From positions 2,240,001 through 2,304,000 of the forward strand of contig OZ240215.1 in the NCBI GenBank assembly GCA_965197585.1: a DNA stretch of 64,000 bases, written 5' to 3'. Made by a program: the position numbers and the translations under genes. How positions within the stretch are numbered: position 1 is the stretch's first letter; every line of letters starts with the position of its first letter. This DNA is from Dehalococcoidia bacterium (lineage in GTDB: Bacteria > Chloroflexota > Dehalococcoidia > Plut-88900). Positions 1 to 8,947 of this stretch are shown piece after piece. The notes below the pieces were generated by a model that saw only the letters and a program-made list of their open reading frames with translations, was not told where the DNA came from and searched no databases.

Positions 1-2
1 GT

Positions 3-546
3 GCCATCTCCTCATCCCACGGGTCCCGCGTGCCCCCTTCCCCGGTAGTCAGGCGATGGAAAGACGCCCTGGACAGAGCCATAGCGGACCGGCCATTCCC
101 CGCCGAGACGGGGTCTCGGCGGTCGGTTAGCAGCGAGCTTACGCTATATCAAGCTAGGGGTGGCGGACCGGCTATCCCCGGCCGAGACTCCCTCTCGGAG
201 GTTGGCCCGCCTGCGAGCTTACGCCATATCAAGCAAGGGGCCGTTGGGCCGCGTAGACCCTCGGGTGGCCCACGCAAATACAATATCTGAGGGGGCTATT
301 GCCCGATCACTGGCCCCCACCATGCCTGCGGGCATTCAGAGGCGGGGTCAAGGCTCGACTGTCTGCCCGGACAGTCGGAGCCCTCCATCGAGCGCTAGGG
401 CGCGGTCGGCTGCAATCCGCCCTCGGCGGACCTCCAGGCCCCCGACAGCCGGAACACCGCACGAGCGTAGAGGCTGACAGGCTCAACGGACGTCTTCCAT
501 CGCCAACCTCCCCAACAGACAGAACCGAAACCCACAAACCCCACAA
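3..546 (+). ncRNA. Candidate large structured non-coding element, copy 1 (5' part probably truncated by the window edge)
   Basis: 5' block (3-72) and 3' block (491-546) closely match the reverse complement of 59503-59570 and 59076-59131. Inverted repeat GGCGATGGAAAGACG (52-66) / CGTCTTCCATCGCC (491-504) encloses many hairpins. No credible ORF; a 2-nt indel in the shared block argues against coding. Confidence 0.55.
84..240 (+). repeat. Two tandem 77-78 nt structured units (84-160, 163-240)
   Basis: Both follow GCGGACCGGC..CCCC..GCCGAGAC..TCTCGG..GCGAGCTTACGC.ATATCAAGC.AGGGG; a related third unit lies at 59358-59436 (-). Confidence 0.85.
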
Positions 547-632
547 TCGAAGATGCTGCAAGTCCGTCGTAGGCGGGGACCATCCGCCTCGCGCTGGTCC
601 GCCTCAGGAGGACTGAATAGCCCCCTACTCCA

Positions 633-678
633 TCATCCCGAGGCGCCGCGAGGGATCTGGGGTGGGGGTTCCCACCCC
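633..678. repeat. REP-like palindrome (TCATYCCGAGG..GAGG[G/A]ATCTGGGGTGGGG family)
   Basis: Near-identical to 12100-12135; related to 13217 and 55135. Confidence 0.7.
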
Positions 679-697
679 GGCAGTCTTACTTGCGCCC

Positions 698-726
698 TTG
701 ACACCGCTTTGGCATAACAATAATCT
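698..726 (+). promoter_or_regulatory. sigma70-type promoter of the CoA-transferase pair
   Basis: TTGACA-17 nt-TAATCT, about 45 nt upstream of ATG 772. Confidence 0.6.
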
Positions 727-771
727 TCACACTACATTCCAGTCTCAAGCGACGCCCGGGAGCAGCAACCC

Positions 772-1977
772 ATGCCCATGGTTCTCGAAGGTATAACGGT
801 CATCGAGTTAGCCACAGATCAGCAGGGGCCTGTGGTCGGCGCCCTCCTCGCCGACATGGGTGCCGACGTCATTAAGATCGAGGACAAGGGCCTCGGCGAC
901 CCGGGCCGCAACGTCCGCGGCGATACCCCTGGCCAGGAACCTTCCCCCCTCTCCTACTACTTCGAAAACAACAACCGTAATAAACGCGGCGTTGCTCTCG
1001 ACTACGGCACCGAGGCCGGACGCGAAGTTATTCGCAATCTCGTCTCCCGCGCCGACATATTCCTCTCCAATTTCCCCATTGCCACCCTCGCAGACATGGG
1101 CCTCGACTACCCGAGACTCTCCGCCGCCAATGACAAGCTGATCTACGCCGTCTCCACCGGTATGGGCCCGGCAGGTCCCGACAAGGACAAGCCCATCAAC
1201 GACATCGCCGCTCAGTTCCTCGGCGGCATCCTCAGTCACGGGAACTCGGATGGCCCCATTCCATTCTGGGGTGGCATGGCCAACCAGGAAGACGCTCTTC
1301 TGCTGGCCTTCGGCATAGTGACTGCCCTTATAGCTCGCGAACGGCATGGGGTTGGGCAGGAGGTCTACTCCGCTTTGCTCGGCAGCCAGATTAACTGGGC
1401 TGCCCTCAACGTACAGAGCAACATATTCAACAAGAAAGAGCCTTGGGGCATGAGGCGCGAAGCCCCGCTGAGTCCCTTCTGGAACTACTACCAGGCCAAG
1501 GACGGCGGGTGGCTCTGCCTCGGCTTCCTCCAGGAGAGCCGAGACTGGCACACCCTCTGCCAGGTCCTCGAACGCGAGGACTTGGAATTCGACCCCCGCT
1601 TCGATTCCAACCCGAAGCGCACCAAGGAAAACAACCAGGTTCTCATTCCCATCATGCGGGAGGCCTTCGCCCAGAAGCCCCTCGCCGAGTGGGAGGAGAT
1701 TCTGGGCAAGCATGATCTGGGATGGTCCAAGCTGAATGACTATGAATCGCTCACTGACGACCCCCAGGTAGTGGCGAACGACTATGTCGTAGACTTCGAG
1801 CACCCCAAGGTCGGGCCTGTGCAATTGGTCGGCATCCCCGTCCGGCTGCAGGAGACACCTGGCAGCGTACGAACCCCAGCCCCCGAGCTTGGCCAGCACA
1901 CCGAAGAAGTCCTGAACGGCGTCGGAGGATACGCACCCGAAGACCTGCAAAAGCTGCGGGACCAGGGCGCGATCTGA
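772..1977 (+). CDS. Family III (CaiB/BaiF) CoA-transferase, catalytic Asp apparently replaced by Asn
   Basis: LADMGADVIKIE, GDPGR, NRNKR and APELGQHTEEVL motifs. Confidence 0.92.
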   Translation: MPMVLEGITVIELATDQQGPVVGALLADMGADVIKIEDKGLGDPGRNVRGDTPGQEPSPLSYYFENNNRNKRGVALDYGTEAGREVIRNLVSRADIFLSNFPIATLADMGLDYPRLSAANDKLIYAVSTGMGPAGPDKDKPINDIAAQFLGGILSHGNSDGPIPFWGGMANQEDALLLAFGIVTALIARERHGVGQEVYSALLGSQINWAALNVQSNIFNKKEPWGMRREAPLSPFWNYYQAKDGGWLCLGFLQESRDWHTLCQVLEREDLEFDPRFDSNPKRTKENNQVLIPIMREAFAQKPLAEWEEILGKHDLGWSKLNDYESLTDDPQVVANDYVVDFEHPKVGPVQLVGIPVRLQETPGSVRTPAPELGQHTEEVLNGVGGYAPEDLQKLRDQGAI

Positions 1978-1996
1978 TAGCGAGGAGGAGCGGACA

Positions 1997-3211
1997 ATGG
2001 TAATGGCACTGGAAGGAATCCGAGTCGTAGACATGACCGTCTGGCACCACGGGCCGGGCGGAGGCACGTTCCTCGCCGACATGGGCGCCGAGGTAATCAA
2101 GGTCGAGGAGCGCCTGTCCGGCGACCCCGGTCGTCACGGCGGCTCCCTGGGCGGTGTCGAGAACGACCTGGGCCTCTCCTACTACTTCGAGAACAACAAT
2201 CGGGACAAGAAGAGCCTCGCCATCAACCTCAAGACCGAGAAGGGTCACGAGGTCATCACCCGGCTCCTCAAGAAGTCCGACATTTTCTTATCCAATATGC
2301 GCAAGAGCGGTCTCGGGCGCCTGGGCCTCAGCTACGACGAGGTGAAGGAGATCAACTCCGAAATCGTCTACGCTCACGGCTCTGGACAGGGCGACAAGGG
2401 CCCCTTGCTGAATCGGCAGTCCAACGACATCATCGGCCAGTTCTGGGGCGCCTACGTCAGCTACGGCTCTGCCGAGGGCCCCATGTCCGTCTGGTCCGAC
2501 TTCGCCGACCGCGGCGGAGCGGTCATGCTCGCCTACGGCGCGGCCCTGGCCTTTCTCGGCCGGGAAAGGCACGGCATTTCCCAGGAGGTCAATACGTCCC
2601 TCCTCGGCGGACAGGTACATCTCGGAGCGCTCAACTTCCAGCAACGCCTCTTCGAAGGCAAGGCCGTCAGCCCTCTCTCCAATGGTGAGGGCCATTTGCC
2701 CAATCCCCTCTACAACATCTATCAGGACAAAGACGGGGCATGGTTCTGCATCGGTGCCGAGGGTACCGACGAGGAATGGGGCTCCCTCTGCCAGGCCGTA
2801 GGCTCACCCGGCCTGGCATCCGACCCCCGCTTCGACACCCAGGCCAAGCGCACCAACGGCAGCTCCACCGACCTATTCGAAATCCTAAAGGCCCGCTTCG
2901 CCGAGGAGACCATCGAGCATTGGGCTCCGGCCCTCGATGCGACAACTCTCCCCTGGGCCCGCCTTCGCAGGTATACCGAGGTCATCAACGACCCCCACGT
3001 CCTCGAAAACGAATTCATCGCCGAGCTTGACCACCCCAACAAGGGCAAACTCCACTACGTCGGTCTTCCCGTCAAGCTGAGCAAGACACCCGGCAAGCTG
3101 CGTATGCCTGCCCCCGACCTCGGCCAGCACACCGAAGAGATCCTCACCGAGATCTGCGATTACTCCTGGGATGAGGTCATAGACATGAAGCTCGCCGAGA
3201 TAGTCAACTAA
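1997..3211 (+). CDS. Family III (CaiB/BaiF) CoA-transferase
   Basis: LADMGAEVIKVE, NRDKKS, FADRGG and APDLGQHTEEIL motifs; SD GAGGAG. Confidence 0.93.
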   Translation: MVMALEGIRVVDMTVWHHGPGGGTFLADMGAEVIKVEERLSGDPGRHGGSLGGVENDLGLSYYFENNNRDKKSLAINLKTEKGHEVITRLLKKSDIFLSNMRKSGLGRLGLSYDEVKEINSEIVYAHGSGQGDKGPLLNRQSNDIIGQFWGAYVSYGSAEGPMSVWSDFADRGGAVMLAYGAALAFLGRERHGISQEVNTSLLGGQVHLGALNFQQRLFEGKAVSPLSNGEGHLPNPLYNIYQDKDGAWFCIGAEGTDEEWGSLCQAVGSPGLASDPRFDTQAKRTNGSSTDLFEILKARFAEETIEHWAPALDATTLPWARLRRYTEVINDPHVLENEFIAELDHPNKGKLHYVGLPVKLSKTPGKLRMPAPDLGQHTEEILTEICDYSWDEVIDMKLAEIVN

Positions 3212-3241
3212 CCCTCATTTCTCCAATCTTTCCAACAGGTA

Positions 3242-3283
3242 TGACGATATGGCGAAACACCAAGTGTTTTCGCCATATCGTCA
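3242..3283. terminator. Strong hairpin after the CoA-transferase operon
   Basis: TGACGATATGGCGAAA / TTTCGCCATATCGTCA inverted repeat. Confidence 0.55.
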
Positions 3284-3431
3284 GCCCCGTTTCGAGCGTG
3301 GGCCCGGGAATAATCCTTCTTATTCATCCCGTTACTCTCCGTATATAGTCCTGAAACGGACCGGAAATAAACACCAGCTTTTGCTACAATGCAATACTGA
3401 TATCGGGAAATGAGATGGAAATAAACCGGAA

Positions 3432-4658
3432 ATGACCTCCGCAGCAACCAGCCTATATGCACTACCTAACCAGTGGATCCGCTACGATAAGACCGCCATC
3501 CTGGATCGCTTGGTCGAAGCTAAGACCGCCGCGGGAACGTTGCGCCGATTACCTTATCTGCCTCAGTGGATCGAAGAGGTGCGCCAGGAGCAGTTACGGC
3601 TGGAGGCCGCCGGCACTTCCCGCATTGAAGGAGCCGAGTTCACCCCTCAGGAAGAGAGCGAAGCCCTGACCCCCGAATCTGCAAACCACACCGATCTCAC
3701 TTACTCTCAGCGGCAACTGCGGGCCGCCGACACGGCCTACCGATGGATGAGTTCCCAACCATCGGACCGTCCCGTCAATCGTGAGTTTGTACTGGAAGTC
3801 CACCGGCGCATCGTTACCGGATGTGAAGATGATCACTGCGAGCCCGGGGCACTCCGAGGACACGGGCGCAACGTCACCTTCGGGTCGCAGCGTTGCCGGG
3901 GTGCAGAGGGTGGAGACTGCTGCAATGACGCCTTCAATGGCCTCTGCAGCGCTATACACAAGGAGTTCTCAGCCCATGACCCCATTATCCAAGCCATGGC
4001 CACCCATTATCATATCGGCGCTATGCACCCCTTTGACGACGGCAACGGACGTACTGCTAGGGCCATCGAAGCCTTTATGTTGAGACGGGCCGGCGTAAAC
4101 GACCACGTCATGGTCAGCATCTCCAACTACTACTACAACCACAAGGATGATTACTTGGGTGCCCTGTTCGAGTCCCGCCAACAGCACCACGACCTCACCC
4201 CCTTCCTCCAGTTTGCCCTGCCTGCGATTACCGATCGGTGCAATGCCGTCGCCGAGGAAATCCTGCTCCACCATAAACGGAGCCTGTTCAGAGAATTTGC
4301 CGGAGCTTTGTTTGGACAACTCCGAAACCCGCGGAAGCGTATTCTGGCAGAACGGCAAATAGAAATACTGGAGGTACTGCTGCAGAACCCATCCGTAGAC
4401 CAGCGCGACTTCTTTACCCGTGCCTTGCCCTACTATCGAGACCTGAAGCACCAGGAACGGGCACTGCTGCGCGACTTAATTGCACTCCTTGACTTGGGCG
4501 CAGTGACGCTATCTGACGATCAGATTCGGGTCAACTTGGAATGGCCGTATCGGCTTTCCCAATCAGAGCTTTTGGAGTGGTATGAAAAAATGCCGTCGGC
4601 CGTATCTGCTAACCATCCAGCTATGCCATCGTTGTCCCGGCTGCTGCGCCACCGATAA
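3432..4658 (+). CDS. Fic family protein (putative AMPylase)
   Basis: Canonical HPFDDGNGRTAR motif; TSRIEG N-terminal motif. Confidence 0.92.
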   Translation: MTSAATSLYALPNQWIRYDKTAILDRLVEAKTAAGTLRRLPYLPQWIEEVRQEQLRLEAAGTSRIEGAEFTPQEESEALTPESANHTDLTYSQRQLRAADTAYRWMSSQPSDRPVNREFVLEVHRRIVTGCEDDHCEPGALRGHGRNVTFGSQRCRGAEGGDCCNDAFNGLCSAIHKEFSAHDPIIQAMATHYHIGAMHPFDDGNGRTARAIEAFMLRRAGVNDHVMVSISNYYYNHKDDYLGALFESRQQHHDLTPFLQFALPAITDRCNAVAEEILLHHKRSLFREFAGALFGQLRNPRKRILAERQIEILEVLLQNPSVDQRDFFTRALPYYRDLKHQERALLRDLIALLDLGAVTLSDDQIRVNLEWPYRLSQSELLEWYEKMPSAVSANHPAMPSLSRLLRHR

Positions 4659-4719
4659 TCGCCCTCTTCGCCCACCCGTATAATCATCGTACACTCAGTA
4701 TGCCCTCCCAGGAACCCCC

Positions 4720-5745
4720 ATGTGCTACCCCTGGGCCAACATCCTCCTCCTACTCTTCATCCTCGCCGACATGCTCTCAGGCTTCTTCGGCCTAATCTCC
4801 GGCTCTCAAGACCGCGCCATCTACATCCTGGTCCACCGCGTCTCCGGCTACGGCATCCTCGCCGTGCTTGCCTGGAAAGTCGCCAATATCGCCCGCTCTT
4901 TCAAATGGCCGAAGAAGAAGCCCGTTCGTATCGCATCCCTGGCCTTGGCGGTAGTCCTAACCGTGACCCTGGCCCTCGGCCTCGTATGGTCCATCTTCGG
5001 CGACTTCAGTTGGTGGATGTTCAGTGGTCTGAGCTGGCACATCTACGCCGGCGTTGTGCTCGCTCCCCTGCTTCTCTGGCACGGCTGGTACATGTTCCGG
5101 GGCCCGCCCATTTCCTTCTGGGCCGAGCGCCGGTCCGTCCTCAGACTAGGAGGCCTCGCCGTTGTCGGGTTTCTCGCCTGGCAGCTCTCCGAAGGCATAG
5201 CCCGTGCGGGGTCGTTATCCGGTTCTACAAGGCGCTTCACCGGGTCCTACGAAGCAGCCAGTTTCTCCGGCAACGACTACCCAGTCGTCTCCTGGCTCAA
5301 CGACCGCCCCCAACCCATCAACCCCGACACCTGGACGCTAAAGGTATTCGGTGAGGTGGAGAAAGAGCTAACCTTGACCTATGTTGACCTCACCCGCCTC
5401 TCCGAAGAGACCGCGACAATCGACTGCACTGGAGGTTGGTTTTCCAAGCAACACTGGGACGGTGTTTCACTCTCCCGAGTCCTGTCCCAGGTAGGCCCTT
5501 CTGACACTACGCGCAGTGTTCTGGTGCGCTCGGTGACCGGCTATTACAGGCGCTTCCCCCTCGACGACGCTCAACACTTCCTGCTGGCTACCCACGTTAC
5601 CGGCGAGCAGTTGTCCCACGGCCACGGCTTCCCGGTTCGCCTGGTCGCCCCCGGCCGCCGAGGCTTCGAATGGGTCAAGTGGGTCACCGAAATCGAAATC
5701 ACCGAGACCCCATCCTGGTGGCAGCCTCCCCTCCCCACCCAATAG
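4720..5745 (+). CDS. Sulfite-oxidase-family molybdopterin oxidoreductase with N-terminal transmembrane domain
   Basis: IDCTGGW Mo-ligand Cys, HGFPVRLVAPGRRGFEWVKWV; hydrophobic His-containing N-terminus. Confidence 0.88.
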   Translation: MCYPWANILLLLFILADMLSGFFGLISGSQDRAIYILVHRVSGYGILAVLAWKVANIARSFKWPKKKPVRIASLALAVVLTVTLALGLVWSIFGDFSWWMFSGLSWHIYAGVVLAPLLLWHGWYMFRGPPISFWAERRSVLRLGGLAVVGFLAWQLSEGIARAGSLSGSTRRFTGSYEAASFSGNDYPVVSWLNDRPQPINPDTWTLKVFGEVEKELTLTYVDLTRLSEETATIDCTGGWFSKQHWDGVSLSRVLSQVGPSDTTRSVLVRSVTGYYRRFPLDDAQHFLLATHVTGEQLSHGHGFPVRLVAPGRRGFEWVKWVTEIEITETPSWWQPPLPTQ

Positions 5746-5767
5746 CTTGCCTGTGGCAGGCGTCTCC

Positions 5768-6514
5768 CTACAACCCGGCCAGCGCCCCCGGCAACTCCGC
5801 GAGCTGGGCCACGCAGGCGTCCGGCGTCGCCGGCACATGGTCCCAGCTAGCCCCGCCTATCAGCACCGCTAGCATCCCAACCCGTTGTGCCCCCAGTATG
5901 TCCGTCTCCGGCCTGTCCCCCACGTGCACCGAACTTTCAGCCTGAACCCCTATAGCCTCTAGGGTGTCCAGGAACAGGCTGGGCGCGGGCTTGGCCAGTC
6001 TTTCCTCGTCCGAAAAGGTGAGGTGCCTCAGGTACTGAGCGATCCCGATGTCGGCGAGGAACTTGCGGGCCAGGCTGCCCGGCGTAGTCCCCGAGTTGCA
6101 GATCAACGCGATCTTGTACCCTTCATCGGTGAGTGTGGAGAGAGTCTCCAACACGCCGGGCATCAATGCCGGAGGATGCTCGAGAAACGCATGCAGGTGC
6201 CTCTCCGAAACCCGCTCCCTCCCTTCGGCCACCAGCGATTTCGAAAGTCCCGGCTCTATCGAGTCCAGGAAGTCGTCGAGTTGCACGTCGAAGGCGGTGT
6301 CCAGGCCCCGTATCCTAACGTTCTCAAACTTCTGCTGTGAGTCCCAGTAGACCTTCCCTACCTTCTCCCTTGTGCAGTCCACACCGTACTCTGACAGGAT
6401 GTGTGTCGTAGCATCGATTCGCTTCTTCGCCCGAGCAACACCACCCCCCGCCATGTCCACTATCAGCGTATTCCACAGGTCGAAAGTGATGCCTTCTATT
6501 GCGCTGTTTCTCAT
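5768..6514 (-). CDS. HAD-superfamily hydrolase
   Basis: FDLWNTL motif I, KP, VGDRPETDILGA. Confidence 0.9.
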   Translation of the reverse strand: MRNSAIEGITFDLWNTLIVDMAGGGVARAKKRIDATTHILSEYGVDCTREKVGKVYWDSQQKFENVRIRGLDTAFDVQLDDFLDSIEPGLSKSLVAEGRERVSERHLHAFLEHPPALMPGVLETLSTLTDEGYKIALICNSGTTPGSLARKFLADIGIAQYLRHLTFSDEERLAKPAPSLFLDTLEAIGVQAESSVHVGDRPETDILGAQRVGMLAVLIGGASWDHVPATPDACVAQLAELPGALAGL

Positions 6515-6649
6515 ATCCCTATTCAGTCAGCCTTTCCCGCGCCTTGGGACCGTGTCCCAACTCCGCTTGTTCTGCCCCCTCCTTAGTCTCACCCTTGATT
6601 TGTCTCAGAGTCCCCAAAATGGAAGGGGGGCGGGTGTTTTCCCGCCCCT

Positions 6650-7162
6650 CTAGTATTCGATGACGGTTGTTATCGGATAACCCTTGATACGGTCTCGACC
6701 TCCCAAGTCCTTAAGCTCGACCAGGAACGCCAGCCCCGCAACCACCCCACCCAGCTCCTCCACCAGCCTCACCGTCGCCTCCGCCGTGCCCCCCGTCGCC
6801 AACAGGTCGTCTACTACCAGCACCCGCTCCCCCACCGAAACCGCATCTCGATGCAATTCCATGGCATTAGACCCGTATTCCAGGTCGTAGCTCACCTTCA
6901 CTACCTCCCTGGGCAGCTTCCCCTCTTTCCTTACCGGCAGCAGCGGCTTGTCCATCTCTAGGGCAAGGGGCGCAGCTATCAGAAACCCCCGAGCATCTAT
7001 CGCCGCGAACGAGTCAATCTCCCTACCTGCGATACTTTCCTTAATCAAGTTTAGAGCGTGACGAAAGGCAGGGGGATATTGGAGAAGGGGTGTTATATCT
7101 CGGAAGAGGATGCCGGGTTTCGGAAAGTCCGGCACCTCGGCGATGTATTTCTTCAGGTCCAT
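6650..7162 (-). CDS. apt: Adenine phosphoribosyltransferase
   Basis: PDFPKPGILFRDITPLL, LEYG, VDDLLATGGT. Confidence 0.97.
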   Translation of the reverse strand: MDLKKYIAEVPDFPKPGILFRDITPLLQYPPAFRHALNLIKESIAGREIDSFAAIDARGFLIAAPLALEMDKPLLPVRKEGKLPREVVKVSYDLEYGSNAMELHRDAVSVGERVLVVDDLLATGGTAEATVRLVEELGGVVAGLAFLVELKDLGGRDRIKGYPITTVIEY

Positions 7163-7303
7163 TTAGGCAAATTCCGTAGACCGTAATTCGCCACGAATGT
7201 ACATCAACGGATTTCGGGGTGTCAATCTGAATATGGCTTTTCGCCGGCAGTCCCTTCTCAATACTGGATTGCATAGCCGTAAACATGCTGTCATAATGCT
7301 GTC

Positions 7304-7540
7304 ATGCCAGTGCAGATTACAATAAGAAACGTTTCCGAGGAAGTGCGTGACGTATTGGCGGCGCGTGCATCTCTTCAACGGCAGTCCATGCAGGAGTTTC
7401 TACGCGGCGAACTGGAGCGGATCGCTTCCCGCCCGTCGGCAACCGAGTGGGTCAAAGAAGTGCGGGCTCGGAAGAGGGCTTCTGGAACCCGAATACCAGC
7501 GTCGGTCATTCTTGAGGCGCGGGACGCAGACAAGCGTTGA
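7304..7540 (+). CDS. vapB: FitA/VapB-like ribbon-helix-helix antitoxin
   Basis: QITIRNV..RA....SMQEFLR pattern; overlaps the PIN-domain gene. Confidence 0.8.
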   Translation: MPVQITIRNVSEEVRDVLAARASLQRQSMQEFLRGELERIASRPSATEWVKEVRARKRASGTRIPASVILEARDADKR

Positions 7541-7941
7541 CGGTAGTCGTCGACTCGTCAGTGATCCTCGCTGCGCTGGTGGACTCGGCCCGCGAAGGTC
7601 CCTGGGCGGAAACTATAGTCGAAAGAGAATCCCTCTTCGCCCCCGAGCTACTGTTTGCCGAGACTACCAACGCACTGCGACGTCTTGAAAGGGAGGGCAG
7701 AATTTCTACCTCCGATGCCAAAGGCGCTCTCGATGACTTACTTAGATTGCAAGTGAACCTTTATCCCTACTCTCCGTATGCCGACCGCGTTTGGGACTTG
7801 CGGTTCAACTTGACGGCTTACGATGCTTGGTACGTTGCGATGGCGGAAACAATGGACTGCCCTTTGGCCACACTCGATCTGAGATTGGCACGGGCTAGTG
7901 GAACGAAGTGCGAGTTCCTCCTTCCCCATCCCACCGCCTGA
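7537..7941 (+). CDS. vapC: VapC PIN-domain toxin
   Basis: VVDSS, E, AYDAWYVAMAE, LATLDLRL acidic PIN residues. Confidence 0.9.
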   Translation: MTVVVDSSVILAALVDSAREGPWAETIVERESLFAPELLFAETTNALRRLEREGRISTSDAKGALDDLLRLQVNLYPYSPYADRVWDLRFNLTAYDAWYVAMAETMDCPLATLDLRLARASGTKCEFLLPHPTA

Positions 7942-7986
7942 ACGCTATAATCCCCCCACACCGCCCCCCACCCGAAAGGCCTTGCC

Positions 7987-8937
7987 ATGACTACCAAGCC
8001 CCGCATGAAGTTCGGCGTCTCCATAGGCCAGGAACGGGTCACGTGGCCGGAAATCGAAGAGGCCGCCGCCCTAATCGAGGAGCTTGGCTTCGACTCCCTC
8101 TGGTGCCATGACCACCTCATCCCCTCTGACCCCGGCCGCAACGAAGGCCCGTGCCTCGAGGCCTGGGCCCTTCTCGGGGCTTTGGCCCGCATGACCAAGA
8201 ACGTCACCATCGGCCCTATGGTTACGGGCAACACCTACCGCAACCCTGTCCTCTTGGCCAAGTCCGCTACTACCGTCGATATCATCAGCAAAGGCCGGCT
8301 CATCTTCGGCATCGGGGCCGGGTGGTTCGAGATGGAGCACACCGCCTACGACTTCCCCTTCTACACCGTCGGCGAGAGGATCAGCCGCCTCGACGAGTCC
8401 GTAGAACTCATCAAGAAGCTCTGGACCAGCGACGGGCCCGTCAACCACTCGGGCAAGTATTATTCCTTAACCAACGCACCTTTCGACCCCCAACCCGTCC
8501 AGCAGCCCCACCCCCCAATCCTCATTGCTGGCGGCGGCGAGAAGCGCACCCTCAAAGTCGCTGCCAAGTGGGCCGACATGATGAACATCTACGGCACTCC
8601 CGAGATAGCCGCCCACAAATACCGAGTCCTCAAAGAACACTGCCGCAACGTCGGGCGTGACCCCTCCCAGATCGAAAAGACCGTCAACGCCGCCTTCATC
8701 CCACCGGAAAAGATGGACGACTGGAACTGGTGGATGGACCGGCTTTCCAAGGCCATGCCGGAGCAGATGGTGGCACGAGGGAACGGCGGAGTAGTAGGGG
8801 ATATGGACGCCATCCGCGACTGGGTCCGCGGCCACTCCGAAATCGGGACCCAGCACATTATCTTGACCATGCGCTCCCCCTACCCCCTCGAGTCCCTCAC
8901 AACCTTCGCCCGCAAAATTATGCCGGAGTTCAGATAG
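7987..8937 (+). CDS. LLM-class (probably F420-dependent) oxidoreductase
   Basis: DSLWCHDH, YRNPVLLAK, GRLIFGIGAGW, GGGEKRTL. Confidence 0.92.
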   Translation: MTTKPRMKFGVSIGQERVTWPEIEEAAALIEELGFDSLWCHDHLIPSDPGRNEGPCLEAWALLGALARMTKNVTIGPMVTGNTYRNPVLLAKSATTVDIISKGRLIFGIGAGWFEMEHTAYDFPFYTVGERISRLDESVELIKKLWTSDGPVNHSGKYYSLTNAPFDPQPVQQPHPPILIAGGGEKRTLKVAAKWADMMNIYGTPEIAAHKYRVLKEHCRNVGRDPSQIEKTVNAAFIPPEKMDDWNWWMDRLSKAMPEQMVARGNGGVVGDMDAIRDWVRGHSEIGTQHIILTMRSPYPLESLTTFARKIMPEFR

Positions 8938-8947
8938 GAGAATCGCA

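Noticed and set aside
52-70. GGCGATGG..CGCC resembles the start of a fluoride (crcB) riboswitch
   Set aside because: The downstream GCTGATGAC-type segment is absent, and the sequence instead pairs with a distant inverted repeat in both copies.
84-240. Possible CRISPR array
   Set aside because: Only two long degenerate units, no constant repeat with unique spacers, and no cas genes.
30-616. Short ORFs across the first element (and 59068-59668)
   Set aside because: Pro/Arg-rich low-complexity translations; frames are not conserved between the two copies.
808-2100. Long antisense or alternate-frame ORFs (also 36109-37455, 54544-55668, 33112-34056, 17997-18914)
   Set aside because: Shadow ORFs of high-GC genes with clear family motifs in another frame or strand.
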